DNA of 64,000 nucleotides, from contig JBBRLQ010000013.1 of assembly GCA_038231275.1 (NCBI GenBank), forward strand, positions 163,737 through 227,736, given 5' to 3'. The DNA comes from Polyangiales bacterium (lineage in GTDB: Bacteria > Myxococcota_A > Polyangia > Polyangiales > Polyangiaceae). The notes under the pieces were generated by a model. It was not told the DNA's origin, ran no database searches, and saw only the letters and a list, made by a program, of their open reading frames with translations. This document shows positions 47,301 through 57,020 of the stretch, in pieces (the first letter of the stretch is position 1; each line of letters begins with the position of its first letter). A program made the position numbers and the translations under genes.

Positions 47301-50300
47301 GACGCTCTGCGGGCTCCGCTGCCCTATCGTCGTGTAGCACCAGGTATCTGACGTTGGGCTCTCGAAGAATCGAACTCGGTGGAAGCCAAAAGGCAAGAGT
47401 AGGGACATCGACTCGCCGGGGCCCCGCACCTCGCCCACCTGAAGGGCGGCATCGAACATTGACGGGTGGACCAAATACTTTGCAAGATCGACCTTGCTCG
47501 CATCTGTCGGGTGCAACTCAGCAAGGACGCTGCCGTTCCCCAGCCAGGCGCGGCGCAGGCCCCGAAACGCTGGACCGTGGACGAGCCCCGTCAGTGCCCT
47601 GGCCTCGTAGTAGGTCGTTCCCGCTACTTCGAGCGTACACGCCTGACGTAGTTGTAGAATCTCCACGTTTTCTCGCGACGGATTGCCCAGTCGTTCGACC
47701 TGACAGCGCATGTGCTCGACGGGCGCAGGGCCGCCAGCGAGCAGCATTCCGCTGAAGATGCGGACGTCCAGGGTACCGTCGCTCTGGGGCGTGACGGCCA
47801 CTTGAATTCGCCGCGGATCTTGGGCGTCCTCGGCCGAGAGTGCGCGGAGGATGCTTACATCGCGAAGTTCGTAGGAGCCGACGCCCAACGAGTCCGCCGC
47901 CGCCGCGAGGACCATCTCGACGAACACGGCCACTGGGAAGACAATCTGATCTCCAACTCGATGATCCTCAATGTAGCGGGGGACCTCGTCGACATTGATC
48001 TCGAACCCCGCAAGCACACCTCCGAGCCTTCGTCCGAGAAGCGGATGCCCTGCAAGTTCTTCTGGGCTTTTGTGGCGCGCGCTCCCATCAATCCAGTAGC
48101 GCTGCCGCTGAAACGGATAGCTCGGCAGTGAAACCCGGCGCTTGCCGTGAGCGCTCTCGAACCTCTCCCAGTCAAGGTCCACCCCGCGCACGAACAATGC
48201 TGCCACCGTGTCGAGCATTTGCTGCCAGCCCGGCACACCCCTGCGCAGAGACGGCGCCCAAAGGCCGTCAGGATTCTCGATCGTCTCGCGCGCCATCCCG
48301 AGCAGCGTCGGATGGGGACCGACCTCAAGCAAGACGTTGCACCCTGCGCGTTGCAGCGACCGAACGCCGTCAGAAAACCGCACGGGCTCGCGCACGTGTC
48401 GTCGCCAATACCGTGCGACGCCGAATTCGTTGGGTTCGGCGACGAGCCCGCTAAGATTCGAGATAACATCTATCGACGGCCGGGCAAACGCTACTTTGGA
48501 CAATGCTTCCTCAAAGGAGTCGAGCATCGGGTCCATCAGCGGAGAATGGAACGCGTGAGACACCTGAAGCATCTTGCAACCTATGCCCTCCGCCTGGAAC
48601 TCCTTGATCAGCCCCTCCAGCACGACGCCTCTCCCCGAGACCACGACGCTGTTGGGGCCATTGATTGCGGCGATCGACAGATCGCTAGCGTGCTGCTCCA
48701 CACGCGCTGCCACGTGGTCGACGCCTGCAGCGATCGAGCACATCGCTCCACCGGCTGGCAGCGCTTGCATGAGCCTGCCGCGAACCGCAATGATTCGCAA
48801 TCCCTGCTCAAGGTCGAACACACCCGAGACACATGCCGCGGTCAATTCGCCGACACTGTGGCCGAGCAGGACGGCTGGCTCGAGTCCCCACGACCGCCAC
48901 AGCTCGGTGAGCCCGTACTCTAGTGAGAAGAGAGCAGGCTGGGTGTATCTGGTTTGATGCAGGAGCGCGGCGTCTTCCCCTTCGCCGAACATCACGGAAA
49001 GCAGCGGGTGCTCGAGCTCCCTCTTCAACCCGGCGGCGCAGCGATCGAGCGCCTGCCGGAACACGGGCTGGGTCTCGTAGAGTTCGCGCCCCATCCCGAC
49101 GTACTGTGCGCCTTGACCCGTGAAGAGAAACGCGACCTTCGGCTTGGACCCGGCCGCCCTTCGTCCCCTGTGCAATCCGGAGACGTCGTTCCCCTGCAGG
49201 TGGGAGACCAGCTTGTTGTGGACGTCCTGGCGAGTCTGACCATGCACGGCAAGGCGATGTTGGAGGTGGGTCCGCCCCAGTGTTGCCGAGCGACATATGT
49301 CCTCAAGCGTCTCCGCGGTTTCGGCCACGAAGGAGCGGTACCGCCCAGTCAGCTCCCGGAGCCCCGCCTCGTCAGCGGCAGAGACGACCAGGAGCTGGCG
49401 CGGACGCTTCTCGAACGGCGCCGCGGAATCTCGAGGTGAAGCCTGCTCAGCAGGCGCCTCACTAAGCACGGCATGCGCATTCGTTCCCCCAAACCCGAAC
49501 GAGCTCACTCCCGCTACGCGAGGCCCTCCTGAGGACCACGACTCCGTCCGCGTCTGTACCTTGATCGGCAGCTTTTCAAATGGAATGAGCGGATTCGGGG
49601 TTTTGAAGTGAAGACTGGGGACGAGCGTTCGATGGTTGAGGCAAAGAGCCACCTTAATGAGGCCTGCAATCCCGGCAGCGCCTTCGAGGTGGCCAAAATT
49701 GGACTTCACCGACCCGATCGCGCAGAGAGCCTCGCGAGGGCCATCCTGAGCAATAACAGCTCCGATCGCCAAGGCTTCGATCGGGTCGCCCAGCGCAGTA
49801 CCGGTGCCATGCGCTTCGATGTACCCGATCTCTCGGGGACGCACCCCCGCTTCCGCTAGTGCCGCTCGGATGACCCGCTCTTGCGCGCGACCGTTAGGGG
49901 CCGTGAGGCCATTCGTCCGTCCGTCCTGATTGACCGCGGTCCCACGAATGACGGCGTACACGCGATCGCCGTTCCGCAAAGCGTCCTTTAGCGGCTTCAG
50001 GATGACGACGCCGACCCCTTCTCCTCGAACATATCCGTTAGCACCAGCATCGAAGCTCTTGCAGCGCCCGTCCGAGGACAGGAACGTTCCCTGACTGAGG
50101 GCAACCGTCTTGTCCGCAGTGAGGACTAGATTGGCTCCGGCTGCCAACGCGAGCTTCGACTCGCCACTTCGCAACGAGCGACACGCGTAGTGCAGCGCAA
50201 CGAGGGAAGACGAGCACGCTGTATCCAGAGACATGCTCGGCCCATGAAGGTCGAATGTGTATGAAAGGCGCCCGGCGGCAATCGCTTGACTCGCGCCCGG

Positions 50301-52874
50301 CGCCGCGAATGGGCTCGCCAGCTGCGACTGCCCCAAGACCATGCGACCATAATCGTATTGAGTGAGCCCGACGAATACTCCCGTAGGAGAACCGGCGATC
50401 GACGCGATATCGATACCGGCGTCTTCAAAGGCCGCCCAAGCAACCTCGAGAAGAATGCGTTGTTGGGGGTCGGTGACGGCGGCCGCGCCCGGCGACATGT
50501 CGAACAAGGACCGGTCGAACAGATCAACGCCGTCGATGAAGCCGCCCCATCGCGAGTTAGTCTTTCCTGGGGTACCCGGCTCGAGTGAAAAGAAGGCCTC
50601 TACGTCCCAGCGGTCTCGCGGGACCTCAGTGATCGCGTCGATCCCCTTCGTCAACAGCTCCCAGAACGCCGTAACGCCACTCGCCTGCGGGAATCGACAT
50701 CCAATTCCGATGATGGCAATCGGTTCACTGGACTCAATTTCATTCGGCACTTCTTTTGCCGGCTCGCTCGCTTCCGGCGTCGCAACATCTGACAGGTGCT
50801 CGACAAGAGCACTCAGAGTCGGGTAGTTCCAAAGCGCGACAGGCGACACTGGCCGTCCGAGCTTATGACTCAACTCTCCAACAAACGAAACAGAGCCCGC
50901 GGAATCGAGGCCATACGCTGCGAACGGACGGTCCACATCGATCAGATCGGCCGAAACTCCGATGTGATGTGAGAGCGACGTGCGCAGCCACTGCTCGAGA
51001 GAGCGAGAGTCCTCTTGGCCAACGGTAACTGTCACGCTCTTGACTTGGGGCGTAGCTCTGGGGCGGTTCCACTGCACAATCGAGTCTAGCTGTCCGTCGA
51101 GATAGCGCGTTCGACAGAGTGACCGCTGCTTCTTTCTGCTCTCGGTCTTCGGAACCGTTCCGGGTGGAACCAACACGATCTGCTCTGGCTGCAACCCGTG
51201 TCGACGCGACACCGCCTCTTGGATCGTGTTAATCATCGGCTCGGCGTCGAAGACGTGCATGATGAACGGTTCGTTGCCGTGCTCGGCGTCGCGCGTCCTG
51301 CGGGACGGGACGCGCTCCCGGTCGCCCGCCCGGCGATCCCCGATGAAGCGCCTCTCGACTTCCGCGACGACGACCAGTCGCTCCTCGCCGGCCGATTCGA
51401 TTGAGAACGCCACGCAACACTCAGGGCGCAAATTTGGGCTACAAGTTTCGACCGTATGCTCAATATCTTGCGGATAGTGATTGGCACCGCGAACAATGAT
51501 TAGGTCTTTGAATCGCCCGGTAATGTAGAGTTGCCCTTCCCATTCGAACCCGAGGTCGCCAGTTCTCAAGTAGCTGGCGGGATCGCCGAGCGTGCGAGCT
51601 TTGAACGTTCGCTCGCTATCCGCGGGCCGATTCCAGTAGCCAGCCGCCACATCGGGTCCGCTGATCCAAATCTCGCCGATGCAACCCTCCGCGCACGCCG
51701 TCAAGGAGTGAGGGTCTACAATACGAATGCGACCATTGGGGCGCTGCAGTGGTCCGTGCGCGACGAGCATCGTGCCCGCCGAATCGGGCGCCGTCGGCGA
51801 ACTGACGACCGCTTGTCCGCGCGCGAGGCGAGCGACATCGAAGCGCGTCGCGCTGAGGCCGGTGCCGAGCGGGGCCGCGGTGGCGCGCAGCGTTACCTCA
51901 GATTGGCCGTAGCAGGCCTGGAATGCAGACGCTTTGAACCCGGAAGGCGCAAACACCTTGATGAACCGCGCGATGCTCTCGTACCGAATTGGTTCACCGG
52001 CACTGTGCGCCGCTGTCCAAGTTCGCAGATCGAGCTCGGCGCACTCGTCCCCAACGGTGCGGGCACACAAGTCATAGCAAAAATTCGGGCCGCCCGCGTG
52101 GGTGGCGCCATAGCGTGATATTGCCTTGAGCCATCGCGACGGTCGCTCAAGGAAGGACACCGGCGACATGTGCACCGAAAGAAAACCGGTAACTACGGGC
52201 TGACAAACACCGTATATCAGGCCCTGTGCGTTGAAGGTCGTCACCCAATTGACGAGCACGCTGTCCGAGGAAAACCCGCGAATCTTCTCGTTCAAGGCAC
52301 AGTTTGCAAGCACGCCCGAGTGAGTCGCCATCACTCCACGAGGTTCGCCCGTGGAACCCGACGTGTACTGAAGGTACGCGATGGCCCCGGGACCAATCGT
52401 GGGTTCGCGCCAAGCCGCCGCAAGACTAGGATCGAGCGTATCGATGCAGATGATGTCGACACGTCCGCCCGGGAATTGCAGGCTCAAGAACTCCCTCAGC
52501 TGCGGCTCAAGTGCGGAAAGTGTTAGGACCGTCTCCGGATGTGCATCGGCGACCACGGAGCGCAGACGTTCGAATCCCTTCTCCGGCCGAAACGCATCCG
52601 GCGCCGGCACGGGAACGGCCATGGCTCCACCAAACTGACTACCCCAGAACGCCTTTATGAAATCCAGGCCGAGTGGAAAAACCAACAAGACTGGCTTTCC
52701 AAAGGCGCCGCGCTCATGCAGCGCAGCCCCAATAGCTCGAGCGGCGACTTCCACCTCGCCGCTCGAGAGCCGGCCCGCCTCCGTCTCGCCGTCTCCCAGG
52801 AACGCGTACAGCCACCGATTTGGCGCTGCGTCGGCACACACTCGCAAAAGTCCAACGAGGTCCGTCCTGGTCAT
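44379..52874 (-). CDS. Single-module type I PKS: FAAL-ACP-KS-AT-DH-KR-ACP-TE
   Basis: FAAL YLQYTSGSTG and RTGDLG; ACP GLDS; KS DTACSS, HGTGT, GHLE; AT GHSVG and HAFH; DH HRVGDQIVFP and DAALQ; KR GGFSGVG and YASAN; ACP LGLDSL; TE GWSYGG. Start may be 52910. Confidence 0.93.
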   Translation of the reverse strand: MTRTDLVGLLRVCADAAPNRWLYAFLGDGETEAGRLSSGEVEVAARAIGAALHERGAFGKPVLLVFPLGLDFIKAFWGSQFGGAMAVPVPAPDAFRPEKGFERLRSVVADAHPETVLTLSALEPQLREFLSLQFPGGRVDIICIDTLDPSLAAAWREPTIGPGAIAYLQYTSGSTGEPRGVMATHSGVLANCALNEKIRGFSSDSVLVNWVTTFNAQGLIYGVCQPVVTGFLSVHMSPVSFLERPSRWLKAISRYGATHAGGPNFCYDLCARTVGDECAELDLRTWTAAHSAGEPIRYESIARFIKVFAPSGFKASAFQACYGQSEVTLRATAAPLGTGLSATRFDVARLARGQAVVSSPTAPDSAGTMLVAHGPLQRPNGRIRIVDPHSLTACAEGCIGEIWISGPDVAAGYWNRPADSERTFKARTLGDPASYLRTGDLGFEWEGQLYITGRFKDLIIVRGANHYPQDIEHTVETCSPNLRPECCVAFSIESAGEERLVVVAEVERRFIGDRRAGDRERVPSRRTRDAEHGNEPFIMHVFDAEPMINTIQEAVSRRHGLQPEQIVLVPPGTVPKTESRKKQRSLCRTRYLDGQLDSIVQWNRPRATPQVKSVTVTVGQEDSRSLEQWLRTSLSHHIGVSADLIDVDRPFAAYGLDSAGSVSFVGELSHKLGRPVSPVALWNYPTLSALVEHLSDVATPEASEPAKEVPNEIESSEPIAIIGIGCRFPQASGVTAFWELLTKGIDAITEVPRDRWDVEAFFSLEPGTPGKTNSRWGGFIDGVDLFDRSLFDMSPGAAAVTDPQQRILLEVAWAAFEDAGIDIASIAGSPTGVFVGLTQYDYGRMVLGQSQLASPFAAPGASQAIAAGRLSYTFDLHGPSMSLDTACSSSLVALHYACRSLRSGESKLALAAGANLVLTADKTVALSQGTFLSSDGRCKSFDAGANGYVRGEGVGVVILKPLKDALRNGDRVYAVIRGTAVNQDGRTNGLTAPNGRAQERVIRAALAEAGVRPREIGYIEAHGTGTALGDPIEALAIGAVIAQDGPREALCAIGSVKSNFGHLEGAAGIAGLIKVALCLNHRTLVPSLHFKTPNPLIPFEKLPIKVQTRTESWSSGGPRVAGVSSFGFGGTNAHAVLSEAPAEQASPRDSAAPFEKRPRQLLVVSAADEAGLRELTGRYRSFVAETAETLEDICRSATLGRTHLQHRLAVHGQTRQDVHNKLVSHLQGNDVSGLHRGRRAAGSKPKVAFLFTGQGAQYVGMGRELYETQPVFRQALDRCAAGLKRELEHPLLSVMFGEGEDAALLHQTRYTQPALFSLEYGLTELWRSWGLEPAVLLGHSVGELTAACVSGVFDLEQGLRIIAVRGRLMQALPAGGAMCSIAAGVDHVAARVEQHASDLSIAAINGPNSVVVSGRGVVLEGLIKEFQAEGIGCKMLQVSHAFHSPLMDPMLDSFEEALSKVAFARPSIDVISNLSGLVAEPNEFGVARYWRRHVREPVRFSDGVRSLQRAGCNVLLEVGPHPTLLGMARETIENPDGLWAPSLRRGVPGWQQMLDTVAALFVRGVDLDWERFESAHGKRRVSLPSYPFQRQRYWIDGSARHKSPEELAGHPLLGRRLGGVLAGFEINVDEVPRYIEDHRVGDQIVFPVAVFVEMVLAAAADSLGVGSYELRDVSILRALSAEDAQDPRRIQVAVTPQSDGTLDVRIFSGMLLAGGPAPVEHMRCQVERLGNPSRENVEILQLRQACTLEVAGTTYYEARALTGLVHGPAFRGLRRAWLGNGSVLAELHPTDASKVDLAKYLVHPSMFDAALQVGEVRGPGESMSLLLPFGFHRVRFFESPTSDTWCYTTIGQRSPQSVTSDFKLLDLDGRVLVEVEGFVRGAVARAALLGDRGWRRWAWRSEWQEQPLDAANALAAGRFLILTDGEVGEVLARLLRDLGHHCVLVHRGDGFAAAGTDQYRVDPCRPEDLTVLLKQLEAGGAPSHVINLWPTEGSFDASIPGAWIKQLVASCRGALLLVQALLRSANQAPQLWLVTRGAQAVGAPAALSLAQSPIWGFGRVVARENPELRAVLVDLDPAEHAAHLASMLVRELGTPVAAAQREDQIAYRGGKRFVLRLSRYDVAEAAGGAGGVIVRPNASYLVTGGFSGVGLAAARWLVERGARALVLVGRRGKTEESEETLKWMEDQGVKVFVGQGDVSRAEDLVRILEDARASLPALGGVLHAAGHLSDRAIIQESVANFEEVMSPKVAGAWNLHVQTSTDSLDFFVLFSSVMATVGTPGQANYASANAFLDALASHRRAAGQPALSVGWGGWAKVGMTTRIVGTYRRALIEPKEGLTALGELAASGSVQSHVIVTAGSWSSYASDSAYVPSWLAKHVDQQRLPSTEAGRSGKLKQRLAQLPASARRQELRGSIRQLAADVTGRSAADIADDRPLVELGLDSLMTMELRNKLSTALDGRVLPSTLVFKYPSVDALAEYLDESLTDIVHANPATTASVLPPPPPNIDTFPGVDSKVPLTLIHGIGGYGWPYLALREGLADRKLTIVNKVPLRRNLSEYASALADTLRRVQPKGPYVLGGWSYGGVLAFELAKQLHDEGESVLGVILIDTYARGAVPLDGAERNALLPWSDKLPLERLLVALRRTSGIVRANDIIELAQVVLPEVQIPADLRRASLSDAAGWFLGQFPPHARRSLMLPSTPMEAVATLRDMRDFLAMGREYMAPRSQVPGFQINVAGDRRLRDWSNYFEQPLRSFEFPVDPTEDEAAGTLSIRADFASHLAQFAPKNVRLFAPKLAELLAEMDEVANGLRSGTDAAGPTRGTALHKSHTGPK

Positions 52875-53001
52875 CGGCAAAGTTTCTCGCTTCTCGCGAC
52901 TTGCTATCAAGCGCCTGCCCGCTTGGAGGTGTCTACGCAGAGTTACCTCAGCCCCCGCGCCCAGTCACACAGAGCAGTAGTTCCTGCGAAGAATCGCCGC
53001 G

Positions 53002-54756
53002 TCAGTTCTTGACGCACGAACCTGGCAGGTTGGTCGCCTTTCCAACGGGCGCTCCCGTCGCTGCGCTAAAATAGAATCCGCTATTCGTTACCGCGGACGG
53101 CTTTCCGTTCCCATCCGGGTAGATGCAGCGCTCGCTGATGTCCACCAACGTATCGCCCGTTTGAAGGTTCCATTCCAGGGGGCCCGATGCACCGTTAAAG
53201 TCCAGCCCCCCGGATCCCGTCGTCAACGCGCTAAACCCAACGGTGATATTGAGCGGTGTTAGGTCCAGCTTCTGACGGCCTGGAGCCGCGACGAATAGTG
53301 GCATCTGCGCAGCTATCTGAGGTCCGGTAATTGGTTTATTGCCGACAGCCGCGATAGCAAAATAAGTTACGTACGCGGCGTCCCAGATGGCCGGTGCGTG
53401 GATATTTCCCGTGTTGTCTCCCGGCGCAAACGTCGTCAGTTCCACGGCGTAGGAACTGTCATGCACCGGATTGCTAATGGGAAGAACACTGAAAATAAAT
53501 GCGCGCTTGAAGAAATCCGGTGGCGTCGTGGGGTCCTTTGCGATCGTAACGATGCTGGATTCAGTGTTTGCCGTGGACATGTAGCGCGGTCGATAGGGCT
53601 GCGTATCGCCCCAACTGACGTCCATAGGTCCGATGATCTTGGTCGCGCCCTCGGCCGCGCCGGCGAGAATGACGAGGTGTGGCCGGACTGTGAGGCCTTG
53701 ATTGACGCAAGCCAGAAAGGCTGTCTGGGCGGGTTGGGAGTTGATATCGGGGAAGTTCCCGTAGTCGCACAGGGAGAGATTGCCGTCGGTCAGGTTGTCG
53801 GCCGCGGACTTGCCGTTAAAGACGATCTTGTCCGTAATGCCGCTTGCTAGCGCTTTACCAAAGGCGTCCCCCCGATTAAGAATCAGCACCTTCATGGGCT
53901 GGCCGGTCGGTACGTTTCCCGCGGGCGCGGCCGACTTCAGCAGGGCCTCGATGTGATCCGAGACAGCCGCATTCATCACGCTAGAGGCCTGAATGTCCCG
54001 ATTGGAGGTTCGAAAAAAGAGGCGGGTACCTACAGGGTCCGTCGTGCTGGAAGCGGCGAGGGTAGTGAAGGCAGAACTCTGCACGCTCATGCTGATGACG
54101 AACTGGTTGCCTGGGATGAACTGTTGATTCATCATGTCGAGACCTGCTCCGCTAGTCACCATTCCTACGACTGCAGGCACCCTGACATCCTGGACCAAAT
54201 GCCTTGCGGCCTCGAGATACGCCTTGTTCGCTGTATCGCGAATTTCGTCGCATAAGACCCAGACTACCGGCCGGGGCGCGCCGCCTTTGGGGTCGGGAAT
54301 CCCGCCGGCGTAGTGCTTGAAGTCCTGGCGAACCATATCCAGTGTGTCGTTCGAGGGTTTTTCAACCGCTGCCGCGGCTCCGCTCAACTGTTCGACGGCC
54401 CCCAGGAATATCGTCTTGTCATTTGCCAGATCCTCCGGCTCCCCGAGCACCATCGGGCAGTCCGTGGAGGTCAGGCTTATGCATTGGTGGTCCGCCTGGC
54501 GGCAGAAATACGGCTTTCCCTGGTAGGCCTGGATGCAAGACGCGTTCGTGTCACAGCTGACAATCGCGTTCTTGCCACAGACGTGGTCTGCGCCGCAAAC
54601 GGTCCCCGCAAAGTCGGGCCCCTTCGCCAGGCAGTCATCCGTCGTCGAGCACTGGTCCGCGGAGGTCTTCAATAGGAGAGTACACGACGCAATTGCTGCC
54701 AATGACACCAGCGAAAATGAAAATGTTGCGGTTCGGCGCAGATGGAGCCATCGCAT
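53002..54756 (-). CDS. Solute-binding lipoprotein (type 1 periplasmic binding fold, Leu/Ile/Val-binding-like) with Cys-rich N-terminus
   Basis: IASC lipobox, CSTTDDC..C..C cap, VPAVVG, LFFRT, WDAAY, DFNGASGPLEW. Confidence 0.72.
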   Translation of the reverse strand: MRWLHLRRTATFSFSLVSLAAIASCTLLLKTSADQCSTTDDCLAKGPDFAGTVCGADHVCGKNAIVSCDTNASCIQAYQGKPYFCRQADHQCISLTSTDCPMVLGEPEDLANDKTIFLGAVEQLSGAAAAVEKPSNDTLDMVRQDFKHYAGGIPDPKGGAPRPVVWVLCDEIRDTANKAYLEAARHLVQDVRVPAVVGMVTSGAGLDMMNQQFIPGNQFVISMSVQSSAFTTLAASSTTDPVGTRLFFRTSNRDIQASSVMNAAVSDHIEALLKSAAPAGNVPTGQPMKVLILNRGDAFGKALASGITDKIVFNGKSAADNLTDGNLSLCDYGNFPDINSQPAQTAFLACVNQGLTVRPHLVILAGAAEGATKIIGPMDVSWGDTQPYRPRYMSTANTESSIVTIAKDPTTPPDFFKRAFIFSVLPISNPVHDSSYAVELTTFAPGDNTGNIHAPAIWDAAYVTYFAIAAVGNKPITGPQIAAQMPLFVAAPGRQKLDLTPLNITVGFSALTTGSGGLDFNGASGPLEWNLQTGDTLVDISERCIYPDGNGKPSAVTNSGFYFSAATGAPVGKATNLPGSCVKN

Positions 54757-55039
54757 GTAATCACTCCTGTTCTCGGGTCATTCCTCGCAGACAAAGCCGC
54801 GACTGTGAACTTAGGTTATGCCCAAGCGTACAAGTAGAGGCGGCTCAAATGCCAGGGAAAAGCAACGCAGATGGGGCCGGCTCGCTTGGGCTCGGGGCGA
54901 TGTCTAGGCGTGTGTGTTCATGCGCCACACCGGGTGCGTGGCTCTGCGACGCCTGCGACACAGCCGCGGTCACCATCCCAGACCTGAGAGTGGCATGCAC
55001 AGACTCGTGATGGCGAAGTCCGAGCAATTGTCCTTGTCG

Positions 55040-55275
55040 GAGTCGGGGTGACGCCGCCGCTCGCGCACCCGCACGGGAGCGCTGCGCCATGGTCCTCGAT
55101 CTCAGAAGTGGGCGATCGAGGACCGGCGCTTCCAGAGGGCGCGAGGGCGCGCTGGGGAAGGCCATCGCCTACATGACCGGAATCTGGTCCCGCCTCGTGC
55201 GCTTGGGCGCACAAACCACTACGGCTCGCGCTCGCGCCGAGGCACCGAGGTCGCCGCGCTCTTCTACACGCTGCA
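55040..55275 (+). pseudogene. IS66 TnpC transposase C-terminal remnant with internal deletion
   Basis: QKWAIE...ALGKAIAYMTGIWSRLVR joined directly to GRTNHYGSRSRRGTEVAALFYTL; the DNNxxER segment is missing. Confidence 0.75.
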
Positions 55276-55435
55276 AATCGAGACTTCTTCGGACGAGATT
55301 ACGTTCGACCGTATGGGCCTCGACTTCGAGCGGATGCTCCGCGAAGGGCACGCAAACCCGCAAACCCCGGCGATCGGCTTCGCGATCTGCGAGGGAGCCG
55401 CTCAACCCAGTGATCGCCCCTGTCGACGTCATGGG

Positions 55436-56815
55436 TCAAGCGAGCCAACTTGGAGCGTGAGTGCCGAGCGGAACCGGAGGCCGCTCCCAGCGAGCCGGCG
55501 TCTCCGACAGCTCCACGACGGGCGCGAGTTGGGTGACGCGGCCCCATTCAGTGTCGGTGTCCGCAGTCATGGCGTCGAGGTCACCCGCACCCGCAGCGGC
55601 GGACGGGTCACATGTTGCGCCGAGGCGAGTGAACCACATCGCGGTCTGAGTCAACGACGCGCGCACGAGGTAACTGCCGCCAACGCGAGCGCGGCGCCCC
55701 AAGGCCACGAGTGTACCGAGTGCGGCAAGGTACCCGGTCGTGTAGTCGCACGCGATGACGGGCATACGCTTGGGCCGCTCGGGTGATCCCTGCGCGGCCG
55801 CAATCCCGCTCACGCTTTGCGCGAGCTGGTCCCACCCGGGCCTCTCTCTCCAGGGACCGTCGTGTCCATAACAATTGATTGATACGTAGATGATCCCGGG
55901 TCGCAGCGCGCTCAGCTCCTCGGGCCCGAGGCCGCGCCGGCCGAGGGACCCGGTCCGGTAGCCATTGGCGAAGACGTGCGCCCCTTTCACAAGGTCCCGG
56001 AGGCGAGCAACCCCTTCTGACTGATCGAGGTCGAGGTAGGCGGAGAGCTTTCCTTGCTGCGTGTCGATCGTCCAGAGATCCGCGGCGACGAACTTCGGCG
56101 AAGTGATGTGTAAGACCTCCGCACCGTATTGAGCGAGCGTGCGGGCGTGCGTCGGACCCGCGAGGATCCTGGTGAGGTCGAGGACGCGCACTCCAGAAAG
56201 CGGGCGAGGTCCCGGTGGGAACGGCTCCGGGGCGGAGTCGCCCAGTTTAATGATCTCGAGCGACGGCAACTTGCCGATGGCTCGACCCTGCGCGTGAGCG
56301 GCCCACTCATCGACCGTCCGCACCTTGGCACCGCACAGGCGAGCGTCCGCCAGCGCATCCTCTAGCTCCTGAGCGTCCCAGCGAGCCATCGACGCCGCGA
56401 TTTGTTGAGAGTCCTGTTCGCATCCCAGTAGCTTCAACGTCCCCGCGCCGAAATGCGGGAGGCAGCCCTGGAGATGAACCCAGCGACCGTCGCGGCACTG
56501 GTACATGTCGACGAGTGGATTGTCGTGTCCTAGCTGCGGAGGGGGCGGTCCTCCGTTGATCCGCATCGCGTGGGCCGGCAAGAGAGACACGGCAGCGCGT
56601 CGAACGTCCACGCTGACGCGCTGCCGGCGGCCAGTCTTCAGCGCCCACGCGTCCGACGCCGCTACGCCGCCCGCCGCGAGCACCGCAGCCGCAGCCTCGC
56701 CGACGGGGAAGCGGTACCCCATCACGGGATCCTTGCCCACGATGGCCGCCTCTTGATCGCCCGGAACCTGCAGAGCAACCTGGTCCAGGAGGCTTTGTAC
56801 AAGCGGATGAATCAT
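55436..56815 (-). CDS. Family III (CaiB/BaiF) CoA-transferase, two-domain form
   Basis: YQCRDGRWV, PLSGVRVLDLTRILAGP, GKLSAYLDL, YGHDGPW..RPGWD, DYTTGY. Start may be 56887. Confidence 0.88.
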   Translation of the reverse strand: MIHPLVQSLLDQVALQVPGDQEAAIVGKDPVMGYRFPVGEAAAAVLAAGGVAASDAWALKTGRRQRVSVDVRRAAVSLLPAHAMRINGGPPPPQLGHDNPLVDMYQCRDGRWVHLQGCLPHFGAGTLKLLGCEQDSQQIAASMARWDAQELEDALADARLCGAKVRTVDEWAAHAQGRAIGKLPSLEIIKLGDSAPEPFPPGPRPLSGVRVLDLTRILAGPTHARTLAQYGAEVLHITSPKFVAADLWTIDTQQGKLSAYLDLDQSEGVARLRDLVKGAHVFANGYRTGSLGRRGLGPEELSALRPGIIYVSINCYGHDGPWRERPGWDQLAQSVSGIAAAQGSPERPKRMPVIACDYTTGYLAALGTLVALGRRARVGGSYLVRASLTQTAMWFTRLGATCDPSAAAGAGDLDAMTADTDTEWGRVTQLAPVVELSETPARWERPPVPLGTHAPSWLA

Positions 56816-57020
56816 GAGACCCTTCTGCGCCTCTGTTCGGTCTTTCGGCGCGAGCGAAACCACGAGCTGGGGCCCAGTGTTGCACATCCCTTGGCCGGGA
56901 GAGCGACGAGCAGGCCGGTTTAGGACCGACGCAGGCTACACCTGCCTCTTGCGGGTTCATCAGTGGTGGGGCTATGCTCCGACCAGGTACTCCCATCCTC
57001 ATCCCCCGGAGACCCCCCAG

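Noticed and set aside
44379..52874. PKS as an OLS/CurM-type terminal olefin synthase
   Set aside because: No sulfotransferase domain between ACP and TE, and a DH is present.
53002..54756. Branched-chain amino acid ABC transporter operon
   Set aside because: No permease or ATPase genes in the window; only the binding-fold lipoprotein.
54845..55165. Short ORFs upstream of the binding-protein gene
   Set aside because: No recognisable motif; they overlap the IS66 remnant and the probable promoter region.
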